Under the pieces are notes generated by a model that saw nothing but the letters and a program-made list of their open reading frames with translations, did no database searches and was not told the DNA's origin. A DNA stretch of 47,148 bases from a virus (Duplodnaviria; Caudoviricetes), in the IMG/VR virus record IMGVR_UViG_3300037310_000121, positions 1-47,148 of that record, one strand, 5' to 3'. Position 1 is the stretch's first letter, and the number at the start of each line of letters is the position of its first letter. Position numbers and translations under genes: made by a program. Shown piece after piece: positions 39,287 to 47,148 of this stretch.

Positions 39287-39661
39287 CTAGACGTGGCCGT
39301 TGCCCTGCGAGTTGCAAGAAAACCGAGTCCGGCACACCCAACCTGCCCGCCCATAATCTTGGAACTGGAACCACGGCTCAGTTCGGAACAGCACGTCGTA
39401 GCCTCCGCGCGCCTTGAGCCCAACCAGCTCGGCGCGCATGAGATCCGCCGCGCTCACGGGATCAGGGCCATGGAACGCAAGCGACGTATAGGGACGACCA
39501 TGCTGGTCGTAGGCCCCTTTCTCTCCCGTCGTGGCGCCGGGGAACTCTGCCTTGACCAACAACGTCAAGTAGTTCAACAGCGACGCCGGGTCGCTGATTC
39601 CTTGCGGGACCTCGTTAGACGGCGGGGGGGCAGTGGTGCAATCTTCAGGGCGGCTGCACAT
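39287..39661 (-). CDS. hypothetical protein
   Basis: GAGGAG RBS; in-operon. Confidence 0.55.
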   Translation of the reverse strand: MCSRPEDCTTAPPPSNEVPQGISDPASLLNYLTLLVKAEFPGATTGEKGAYDQHGRPYTSLAFHGPDPVSAADLMRAELVGLKARGGYDVLFRTEPWFQFQDYGRAGWVCRTRFSCNSQGNGHV

Positions 39662-40355
39662 GGGCTACTCCTCTTCCACGGCAAGGGCAAGTCTCGATCA
39701 TCGCGTCAAGATGCCTGAGACTGGTTTCTTGGTACGGAGCCACGGCGGAGGCGGCGAGGGCGGCGTATTCGGCGGCGTCGGCGGCGTCGGCGGCGTAGTA
39801 GGCGGCGGCGGCGGCGTAGTAGGCGGCGGCGGCGGCGTAGTCGGCGGCGGCGGCGTAGTCGGCGGCGGCATATCGGCTATTCCGCACCTTTTTAGCAGAG
39901 TCTCTCGCTGCGATCGCGACCACATAACAATCTCTCATTGTCGCGTCGTCAGCGAGCGCGCGCAGTTGCGCCGCCTCAGTCGGGAGCCCTGCGCGATCCA
40001 TCGCCTCGGCGGCGATCACGCGGCAGGCGTAACGCGCGACTGCCTCGGCGCGCCGTTGCTCCAGCACTTCGCTGCCTGCCGTGCCGTGGATGCGCGGTAG
40101 CATCGGGATGAGCCATGCGCGCAGATCGGCTACCGGCGTAGCGTCGTTGCGTGCTATTGCAAGCCGCCGAATTACGGGGCTGATGCATGCGCTTTGATCA
40201 GTGGCGCTGCCTAGGTCTTCGCCGCGCATGGCGCGGGTGATTGCCACGTCGGCGCTCATGATGCACGCCTCGTGCTTGGCGTAGTTGCCGGCGCCGTGGA
40301 TGAATTTCCAGCCGGCGAAGAATTCGGCGACTTCGACTTCGGTGATCTCTGGCAT
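39645..40355 (-). CDS. hypothetical protein with Ala/Tyr/Asp low-complexity repeats
   Basis: ATG 40355; ACIM.A...TD...C.SPVI.....ND motif; AAAAD/YY repeats. Confidence 0.7.
   Translation of the reverse strand: MPEITEVEVAEFFAGWKFIHGAGNYAKHEACIMSADVAITRAMRGEDLGSATDQSACISPVIRRLAIARNDATPVADLRAWLIPMLPRIHGTAGSEVLEQRRAEAVARYACRVIAAEAMDRAGLPTEAAQLRALADDATMRDCYVVAIAARDSAKKVRNSRYAAADYAAAADYAAAAAYYAAAAAYYAADAADAAEYAALAASAVAPYQETSLRHLDAMIETCPCRGRGVAHVQPP
39772..39869. repeat. tandem (GGC)n-GTAG[T] coding repeat
   Basis: ggcggcggcggcgtagt-type units encoding AAAADY/AAAAAYY. Confidence 0.8.
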
Positions 40356-40360
40356 CTCGG

Positions 40361-40717
40361 CTACCACGTGATGTGCCCCTCGTCTCCAGCGTTGAGCAAG
40401 AATGCCCACGGAGTCGCGCGCTCGCGACTCTTGCCGCCCGCACGCATCATGCGCTTCGTGCGTGAGCTGAACGTGAACTCGCCGGTGAGCACGCGCCACG
40501 GCAGCTCGCGATACACGAACGAGCCACGCGTGATGTTGAAGATCACATCGGCGGGCCAGCCGGTCACGAGAATGAAGATCGCGAGCACTTTCATCTCCCA
40601 CGGCATCCACACCTTCGCCGCGCGCATGCGCTGCACAGTGCATAGCGCGAGAAACGCGGTGTAGACGTAAAACGTCGAGAACACCGTGACGACGAGAGCC
40701 CACTCTATCCCGTTCAT
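40361..40717 (-). CDS. membrane protein
   Basis: Two hydrophobic segments; D..FN...G....ELP...TFSSR. Confidence 0.65.
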   Translation of the reverse strand: MNGIEWALVVTVFSTFYVYTAFLALCTVQRMRAAKVWMPWEMKVLAIFILVTGWPADVIFNITRGSFVYRELPWRVLTGEFTFSSRTKRMMRAGGKSRERATPWAFLLNAGDEGHITW

Positions 40718-40762
40718 TGCTGCTGCTCCCTAGTGTAGTGTACCTACATCCCAGGCATACGT

Positions 40763-41359
40763 CTACGTTGACTCTCTGGGTTTGTCGGGCTTGGGCTTGA
40801 TGAGGTTCAGGATCGAGGCAATGAGCTCGGCCTTGGTCTCGTCGCGCATGCCCAACGGGGTGCCACCGGCGATGCCCCCGAGCTCGTGCTGAGACTTGGG
40901 TGGCTGCCAATCGCCCTTCACTCGCCGTCTCGTCGCCAGCCAATGGATCGCGGCGGTAGTGTCGGGGGGATAGTGCCGGCGAGTCCGCACGCGCACGACG
41001 CGCGCCTCGTCGAACTTGTTCGCCGCGTGCGAGAATATCTTATCTTCACGATGAGTGTAGCCGAGCGCACGGCGGTACAGCGAGTGTGCCACGTTGGCGT
41101 CGGCCTCGATGCGCGCAGCTCGCACGGCCGCGGCGAACTCTTCGTGATCTTGCATCCAATTGTCGATCGTGTTGGGCGACACGCCGAACGCCTCGGCCAT
41201 GTCGTCGAGCGTAGCGCCGAGCAGCGTCATCTTGTGCGCGCGCTTGGGGAACGTGTAGTCGTAGATCGGCTTGCGGCCCGGTTTGCCGCCTGCCGCGGGC
41301 TGGTCTCGCGGGTTCACCCTCGCTGGAGCTCGCTGTCGACGGCGGATCTTGCGGGCCAT
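40763..41359 (-). CDS. terS: terminase small subunit
   Basis: LGAT..DMAEAFGVS..TI.NW...H.EF; A.V..SLY.RA.GY; PPDTTAAI.WL. Confidence 0.82.
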   Translation of the reverse strand: MARKIRRRQRAPARVNPRDQPAAGGKPGRKPIYDYTFPKRAHKMTLLGATLDDMAEAFGVSPNTIDNWMQDHEEFAAAVRAARIEADANVAHSLYRRALGYTHREDKIFSHAANKFDEARVVRVRTRRHYPPDTTAAIHWLATRRRVKGDWQPPKSQHELGGIAGGTPLGMRDETKAELIASILNLIKPKPDKPREST

Positions 41360-41431
41360 TCAGGGGAGTCTACATCCTCCCCCGACACCAACAAAAGGTC
41401 GGAGCTTGCGGTTTATGGGGGGCATGGCCGT

Positions 41432-41749
41432 TCAGGACCACTGAATCACGCTCAGTACCTTCTTTCGCCGATCGCCTTTGTGCGGTTGGTACCCAGCAAG
41501 TCCTTTCTGCATGAGGTCCCAGATAAGACGCGACGCCGTGCTGAGCGGGATCTCGAGCCGTGCAGCCACCGAGCTCGGCGTAGGCTCCTTCTTCTCGGCC
41601 TGCATCGCCGCGATCTCGAGGTACAGGCGCACCTGCGTCACGCTGTCGATCTTCTGTGCGGCGAAAGCCGACAACAGCGTGCGGCTGACGAGCACGCCAT
41701 CGGACGTCAACCGCAGAGTTTTCTTTTCGATCTTACGTTTCACCGACAT
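41432..41749 (-). CDS. MarR/winged-helix transcription regulator
   Basis: ATG 41749 after AAGGAGG; VAARLEIPLSTASRLIWDL..KG...DRRKK. Confidence 0.75.
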   Translation of the reverse strand: MSVKRKIEKKTLRLTSDGVLVSRTLLSAFAAQKIDSVTQVRLYLEIAAMQAEKKEPTPSSVAARLEIPLSTASRLIWDLMQKGLAGYQPHKGDRRKKVLSVIQWS

Positions 41750-41936
41750 ATTCCCTCCTTTGGGATTTTGTTGTTGTCTGTTGCTCTTGTCGCGGCAGGC
41801 GCAGCCACATTTGATGGCATTCGGGGCACGCCCACACATCACCAGGTAAAACGATCTCGAGCTCGGGTGACTACCGGTCGCAACTCGTGGTCGCAAGACG
41901 AGCAGATGAGAGGAGGAGTCGACACGCGTGGCTGCT

Positions 41937-42188
41937 CTACGGAGAACGTCTCCGGAAAAATTGCTTGATGCGCTGCACGAGGTTCGGCGTCTTGGCTGCG
42001 GAGCGCTCTCGACTAGCCGCTTCACGCCGTGCTTGTTCTTCAGCTCGTTGCTGCTGCAAATAGTCGATCCGAGCTTGCGCTCGTTGGCGGCGGACGTACA
42101 ACTTCTCGGTGTGACGTCGCCACGTCCGGCCACTACGAGCCCCTCGAGCACTCGCTTTACCGCGCTTGTTGGCGACTCTCTTGCTCAT
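41937..42188 (-). CDS. basic hypothetical protein
   Basis: 83-aa Arg-rich helical ORF. Confidence 0.5.
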   Translation of the reverse strand: MSKRVANKRGKASARGARSGRTWRRHTEKLYVRRQRAQARIDYLQQQRAEEQARREAASRERSAAKTPNLVQRIKQFFRRRSP

Positions 42189-42224
42189 TCGCCCAGCTTA
42201 GAGAATGCCTTCCGCGTAGTCAAC

Positions 42225-42659
42225 TTATATTTCGTGCGGTGAGACGGGCGGCGGGGCCACGCGGCGGAGCACGGCCGCAACCCAGTGGAAGAGTGTGGGC
42301 GGCGTCAGATGGGGATCGGCGAAGCCGTGATAGTGAAAACCACGGGCGAAACGTTGCTGTTTGCGGGACCATCCCAACCAATACGCATGCTTGCGTCGGC
42401 GCTCACGTGCGGGCGCGAGGAGCTTGACGTTGAGCCAATCGCCGTCTCCCGATCGGCAGTCCCACAACTGCCACAGTGTGCCTTCGACCACACGCTCACC
42501 CAGTATAAGACCATGCACTGGCGGAGCGACCGCCCTCGTGCAGCCCTGCCAACTCGAGTGTTTCACTCGGGAATTCCGCCTTCTCGGCCGTTCTCGTAGT
42601 GGGCCAAGAAACACTGTTTCGCCCGTCGCGCCGCTGTTTATACGGATGACCCTCACCAT
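42225..42659 (-). CDS. hypothetical protein
   Basis: WLNVKL...RK.AYWLGW...RFAR looks protein-like; start uncertain. Confidence 0.45.
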   Translation of the reverse strand: MVRVIRINSGATGETVFLGPLRERPRRRNSRVKHSSWQGCTRAVAPPVHGLILGERVVEGTLWQLWDCRSGDGDWLNVKLLAPARERRRKHAYWLGWSRKQQRFARGFHYHGFADPHLTPPTLFHWVAAVLRRVAPPPVSPHEI

Positions 42660-42856
42660 ACCCATAACCCTACCAGATTGTCCCCTCGAGCTCCAAACCG
42701 CCGCCATTCACCTCGCCATTCATCACGGATCCGCCGTCTCACCCCCATTTCGCCCTCTTTCATTCCAATATCAAGACAATTCCACACCTTTCAATCCCCA
42801 GCCCTCCTCTCAACACCAACCCCAACTCCCCATTTCCGTTTTGCAATTCCGGGTGC

Positions 42857-43195
42857 ATTTCCGGTTTTCCGGTTTGCTGGGTGTGTCCGTTATACGGACA
42901 CACACCGCGCCGTGGGCGCACGCAAACGCGGAAAACACGGAACGACAGGCACCAATTCCGCTTTTTCCGGAACCGGAAAACCGGAAAAATTTCTAATTAA
43001 AATTCAAACACTTACACGAAAATCGGCATTTTTTTCCGGTTTCGGAATGCATCTTTCAAACTCTCCCTCGATTTTGTTGTTGCGACCGATTCGCATTTGG
43101 GGGCAAAACCGGAAAAACCGGAAAAGACACCTGAAATCGTACGATCAATCAACTACTTACGCCGACCAAGCAAAACCGGAAAAACCGGAATTGCT
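42857..43195. repeat. AT-rich region with (A)4-5CCGG / CCGG(T)3-4 repeats
   Basis: Clusters at ~42857, 42962, 43029, 43104 and 43171, including caaaaccggaaaaaccggaa twice. Confidence 0.75.
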
Positions 43196-43555
43196 AACTC
43201 GATTTTTCTCAATCTTTTCCCACTCCTGCAACCATCTTACCCACTTTTCAGGGATCCCCTGAAATACCCCCCTTCTGGTTTTTGCCTTTGGGTTTTTCAC
43301 AGTCGTGTCTTCCGGCGATTACGTCCCGGCCGCCGCACAGGGTCAACGGACCGCCTACCACTGGTATTCACACTACCTGACGCGCAGCGTCACAATGTGC
43401 CCGTCACAAACTGACGCTGGTGGTCACATCGGCGGCGATTTATCGTCAAATACCGCATACCTACGCCATTGGTGCGGTTGGCACGGCGCGTGCATATCCC
43501 TGAGCGTGGCGGACGCCACGACCGACGCCGGCGGATACCGGCAGGAGACGCGACA

Positions 43556-43789
43556 ATGAGCATCACGATCACCGACGCGCGACTGGCGATGGGGTACAGC
43601 GGCTACGACCATTTGCTCGATGATCGGCCCCTGAGCGCGATCATCGGGCGCAGTTACCCGTCCCTGGAGGCCGCCGCGAAAGCCGCCGGTCGTGCCCTCA
43701 GGGGTACGCAGGATAGCCGCTGTGCTAGCGCGCCAGTGATCCTCACAGACAGTGAGGGCAACGGCTGGACCCGCTGGCCAGGGTGCTGA
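43556..43789 (+). CDS. hypothetical early protein
   Basis: AGGAG RBS, ATG 43556. Confidence 0.6.
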   Translation: MSITITDARLAMGYSGYDHLLDDRPLSAIIGRSYPSLEAAAKAAGRALRGTQDSRCASAPVILTDSEGNGWTRWPGC

Positions 43790-43796
43790 GTGGATC

Positions 43797-44003
43797 ATGA
43801 CTGACGCGAGCGACATCGCCGACCTCGAGCGCGCGCTCGGCGAGGCGGATGCGATCTACGCGCGCCGTGTCCCTCCCGGCACGCCGCTCGACGAGCCGCT
43901 CGTGCGCATCATGCTCGCGGAGGCGTACGAGCGCGGGCGCGCCGTCGAGCTCGATGCTGCCTACGACGAGGGCTATGCGGACGGCCGGAGGGCTGGCGAT
44001 TGA
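43797..44003 (+). CDS. hypothetical protein
   Basis: AYERG...AYDEGYADG motif. Confidence 0.55.
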   Translation: MTDASDIADLERALGEADAIYARRVPPGTPLDEPLVRIMLAEAYERGRAVELDAAYDEGYADGRRAGD

Positions 44004-44359
44004 CCGACGAGGCAGATGCGCTGACCGCGCGGCTGCTCTCCGGCTGGCAGCTCGCCGAGCCGATGCGCGAGTATGTGACCGATCAGGGCTGCGTGGTGCG
44101 GACGTGACGCTGTGCGGCCGGTAGCCATCGACCTTTTCTGCGGGCTTGGAGGCTGGACGTAAGCACCCCGGGAACCACGTTCGAGAGCGCGTGATTGGCA
44201 GTGGATCGGCCCGCACATTTCGCAGCGCATGTTCGGCATCACCGAATTCCGCGCGAAAGACTACGCGCGACGTCATGGCGGCGCGGCTGCCAAGATGACC
44301 GCGCTTGAAGCAAAGTTCTCGAAGCAAATCTGATGAACTAGTGACGGAGGATGTCGCCA

Positions 44360-44695
44360 ATGGCTAAGCTCAGTGCACACGGCTCGACGGAGCTCGCACG
44401 GTTCACCCGCGTGACGCCCGACACGGAGGATCCGACGGTCGTTCGCCGAGTCACGTACTCTCTGCGCAGTGACGGGCGCGTGCTCGTCCGGTACGATGGG
44501 TCGTATCCGTCTTCCGATGGCACACGCAAGCTGCGGGGGACCTGGACTCGAGCTGTCAGCCCGACGCGGAGAGTCATCACGTTCGACCCCGCTCGGGCAG
44601 CGGACTACATCACACGCTGCCGAGCGCACTTCATCCCACTCGGGTTCACGGAAGGTGACGCTCCCATTTCCATTCCAGAATCGAGGGATGCGTGA
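44360..44695 (+). CDS. hypothetical protein
   Basis: GGAGG RBS; MAKLSAHG...LRSDGRVL. Confidence 0.6.
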   Translation: MAKLSAHGSTELARFTRVTPDTEDPTVVRRVTYSLRSDGRVLVRYDGSYPSSDGTRKLRGTWTRAVSPTRRVITFDPARAADYITRCRAHFIPLGFTEGDAPISIPESRDA

Positions 44696-44901
44696 GAGAC
44701 TTCGCCAAGATCACGGGCGGTCACGTGCGCCGCGTTCTCAGCCGCATCGAATACTGGCCCTGATCGCAGAGATCTCGACGGGCGCATCTGTGACAATGGG
44801 GAAGCGAAGCCGCGAGCGCATGTGACAACTGTCCTAGGCAGAGGGCAACCCTAACTCCAGAGGAGAAACGACATGAGAGGCATACTCGAGAGGGCGGCGC
44901 G

Positions 44902-45144
44902 ATGAGCAGCCACAGAATCATTAGCCAGATCACCCTTCTGGAGCGCGAGCCCGGCATGTTCAAAGTCAGAATCAAGCACTCGTCCGGCATGTTTCGTGAC
45001 GAGCAAAGCGAGAGCGCATGGTGCGTTGACGCAGGCGATGCGTACCGAGACGCCGAGGCGAAGCTCGTCGTCAAGCCAGGCTACGTTTCCGCAATACAGC
45101 AGCCGCTACGAGCCGACGGAGTACGCATCTTACCGCGAGCCTGA
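44902..45144 (+). CDS. hypothetical protein
   Basis: GAGGG RBS, ATG start. Confidence 0.5.
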   Translation: MSSHRIISQITLLEREPGMFKVRIKHSSGMFRDEQSESAWCVDAGDAYRDAEAKLVVKPGYVSAIQQPLRADGVRILPRA

Positions 45145-45220
45145 CGATCCGGACGGCGATGAGGCGAGGGATTGAGGTCCGCATTCACCAAAGCAAAACA
45201 GCCAACCAAGGAGTAATTAC

Positions 45221-45457
45221 GTGGACGAAGAAAGCAAGTACATAATGCCAACGGTTAAGTGGGCAGCTATCGGCATCGTCGGATTCACCGTCGCATGCGT
45301 AGGCAGTTGCCAGATGACCAACTACCAAATTCGCCGCGCCATCGATGGCGGCGCGCCACCGCTCACCGCAAGGTGCGCGCTCTCTAGTGATGACAGTCTG
45401 TGCGAAGTTCTGGAAGCTGCCGAAGCCGAGGCAGTCCGAAACAGAGATGCGCCATGA
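45221..45457 (+). CDS. small membrane protein
   Basis: AAGGAG RBS; one TM helix. Confidence 0.6.
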   Translation: MDEESKYIMPTVKWAAIGIVGFTVACVGSCQMTNYQIRRAIDGGAPPLTARCALSSDDSLCEVLEAAEAEAVRNRDAP

Positions 45458-45665
45458 CTACCGACTCAACCATCGCCATCACCGCCCAGTCAGCCGCCGT
45501 GCTGCATGCCGCGCTCAACATCGCGATCGACAGCACCGAGGACGTGCTCCGGCGCAACAGCAAGAGCAGCCAGCCGTACCGCGCCGCGAGCTGGCGAACA
45601 TGCTCGCGCAGTACCGTGCCGAGCGCGAGCGTTTGGCCACCGCGTTTCCTATGATCGCGTCATGA
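45454..45665 (+). pseudogene. small gene apparently frameshifted near 45580
   Basis: Starts by ATGA overlap; the alternate frame RRELANMLAQY... ends in an ATGA overlap with the next gene. Confidence 0.45.
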
Positions 45666-46030
45666 AAATCACGCTCAAAATGCTCAGGGATTGGGGCGCC
45701 TGTAGCGAGGGCTACAAGTGGGTATCAAAACGCTACAAGAAAGGCGTCGAGTACGTCGATCTCGTCGATGCTCTGAACGCAGACAATCATCGCGATTGGG
45801 CTATGTGGATAGTGGAACATGTCTACACGGAACTGCTCAAGATCAGCGAGTTCGTCGATGCAGACTTCGCACGCAGTGTTGCTTCATGCGAGTGGTACCT
45901 CGAAAATGGCGATGAGTCGATCAGGTATGCCCGAGCTGCGGCCCAGCGCAGCCCAAAATTGGACGTGACCTTAGCAACAACCTGGGACTCAGGACTGCGA
46001 TGTATCGAGTGGATGGTGTTACAGCCATGA
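45662..46030 (+). CDS. hypothetical protein
   Basis: MKITLKML..WGACSEG..W...DWA.W motif; ATGA coupling on both sides. Confidence 0.65.
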   Translation: MKITLKMLRDWGACSEGYKWVSKRYKKGVEYVDLVDALNADNHRDWAMWIVEHVYTELLKISEFVDADFARSVASCEWYLENGDESIRYARAAAQRSPKLDVTLATTWDSGLRCIEWMVLQP

Positions 46031-46449
46031 CCCCCGCACGTTTCGTAAAGATTGGCCTCGCTGAGGAGCATCTGCCGCCTGACGCCGCCGAATGGAGCTC
46101 CGTGCTCGACACCGAGACCAAGCTCATTTGGTCCATCGCTACGTCGAAGGCGCGCGACTGGAATCACGCGGACGAGATCGCGAAGAGCACCACCGTCGCC
46201 GGCCTGTCCGGTCGACTGCCGACGATTGCCGAGCTGCTCACGCTCGTCGACTACTGGCACCACGATCCGGCGATCGACATGGATTTCTTCCCGGAGTGCC
46301 CGACATACGATTGGTATTGGACATCGACGCCCTACGCGCCCTGGCCCGGCCACTTCGCGTGGAGCGTCGGCTTCAGCAGCGGCTACACGAGCCGGCTCAG
46401 CCGCTACTACTCCGGGTACGTCCGCGCCGTGCGCGCCAGGCGGCCATGA
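46027..46449 (+). CDS. DUF1566/Lcl C-type-lectin-like domain protein
   Basis: VLD.ETKLIW, W..A, RLPTIAELLTLVD, YWTST, AW.V.F..G, VRAVR. Confidence 0.85.
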   Translation: MTPARFVKIGLAEEHLPPDAAEWSSVLDTETKLIWSIATSKARDWNHADEIAKSTTVAGLSGRLPTIAELLTLVDYWHHDPAIDMDFFPECPTYDWYWTSTPYAPWPGHFAWSVGFSSGYTSRLSRYYSGYVRAVRARRP

Positions 46450-46478
46450 TGAGCCCCAATGCTAAGGAGCTATCGGCC

Positions 46479-46652
46479 ATGAGCACCCGCCGAGAGTCTG
46501 TTGAGGAAAGAGCCCAGAAGGTCCGGGACGACGTTTCTGCCCGCCGCGCCCACCGTCTTGGGAGGGGTAACTGCGTTCATGTGTCCGCAGGCGAAGCCGA
46601 GCAGAAGCGGAAAGAACAGCCGGAGCGTCACGTGACGCTTGCGGCGGGCTAG
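46479..46652 (+). CDS. hypothetical protein
   Basis: AAGGAG RBS then ATG 46479. Confidence 0.45.
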   Translation: MSTRRESVEERAQKVRDDVSARRAHRLGRGNCVHVSAGEAEQKRKEQPERHVTLAAG

Positions 46653-46667
46653 GCTTGCGTGTAACCT
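46624..46667 (+). promoter_or_regulatory. sigma70-like promoter with an overlapping 16-bp palindrome
   Basis: TTGCGG (46639-44), 17 nt, TAACCT (46662-67); AGCGTCACGTGACGCT perfect palindrome at 46624-39; ATG 7 nt after the -10. Confidence 0.5.
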
Positions 46668-46674
46668 TCGCGCC

Positions 46675-47146
46675 ATGCATTGCTAACACCCAGTACTTGA
46701 CGCACTACTGCGTCGTTCGCGCCGACATTCCGTTCGGCGCCCAAGCCGCCCAGCTCATTCATGCTGCCGGCCAATCAGTCTCAGAACCGCTATCCGAAGG
46801 CAGCTATGCCATCGCTCTGCACGCCAAGAGCGAGACCCAACTACGCGCGCTTTCCGAGCGGCTCAAGACAGCCTCGATCGAGCACACGCTCATCGTCGAG
46901 AGCGACGCTCCGTACTCCGGCCAGGCGATGGCGATTGGCGTCCGGCCGACCGACCGCAAGCGGCTGAAGCCGTTTCTCTCGTCCTATCCGCTCGCACGAT
47001 TACAACACGCACCCTTAGCTCAGTCCGATAGAGCGCCGAGAGTAATGACCTCGGAGGTCGTAGGTTTGAATCCTTCAGGGTGCTCCACTTCAGGGCCGTT
47101 CCAGCGTATAAGGCGCTGGCTCGGAGGAAAGAACTCGCGGCCCTGA
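46675..47146 (+). CDS. Pth2-like peptidyl-tRNA hydrolase; start irregular (ATG 46675 is one base out of frame; in-frame TTG 46655, ATT 46679, TTG 46697)
   Basis: YCVVRADIP.G.QAAQLIHAAG...IAL...E..L...H.LIVESD.PY.GQ.MAIG.RP...LSSYPL. Confidence 0.8.
47009..47087 (+). tRNA. tRNA-like element with an enlarged (9-nt) anticodon loop and encoded CCA, inside the Pth ORF
   Basis: Acceptor GCACCCT/AGGGTGC, D stem GCTC/GAGC, anticodon stem CCGAG/CTCGG with loop AGTAATGAC, variable AGGTC, T arm GTAGG-TTTGAAT-CCTTC, then T-CCA. Confidence 0.8.
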
Positions 47147-47148
47147 CC

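Noticed and set aside
39698-39925. Poly-Pro/Thr ORF and antisense poly-Gly ORF
   Set aside because: Alternate-frame shadows of the GGC repeat inside the 39645-40355 gene.
42857-43195. Possible CRISPR array
   Set aside because: Units are short, irregularly spaced and in both orientations; no cas genes.
42678-43414. ORFs across the AT-rich repeat region
   Set aside because: Translations only reflect the DNA repeats (KPEKPE, FSG); no RBS.
47140-47148. Joining window end to start would create ...CCCTGA-CCA (circular genome)
   Set aside because: No terminal overlap, and replication genes are missing, so the window is probably partial.

Overview
The window is a segment of a GC-rich, podovirus-like tailed phage genome. 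A long minus-strand morphogenesis operon (~1446-41359) holds TerS, TerL, portal, GroES-like co-chaperonin, scaffold, major capsid, decoration/fibre proteins, a glycosyltransferase/RmlB/methyltransferase cassette, adaptor/nozzle proteins and large ejection/polyvalent proteins. Short plus-strand accessory genes flank it, and an AT-rich repeat region lies at the strand switch (~42.8-43.3 kb). No polymerase, helicase, integrase or clear lysin is visible, so the genome is probably incomplete. Three observations stand out. (1) A Pth2-like peptidyl-tRNA hydrolase locus has a predicted leaderless AUG that is out of frame (AUG-CAU-UGC-UAA). Its 3' end carries a tRNA-like element with an enlarged anticodon loop exactly complementary to the CAUU after that AUG, a candidate self-encoded quadruplet/+1 recoding tRNA. 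(2) The TerL intein hides an HNH endonuclease in another reading frame. (3) A recurring [FYMK]-[AQ]-x-G-G motif is shared by six putative virion-internal proteins. All calls come from reading motifs by eye; no database searches were run.
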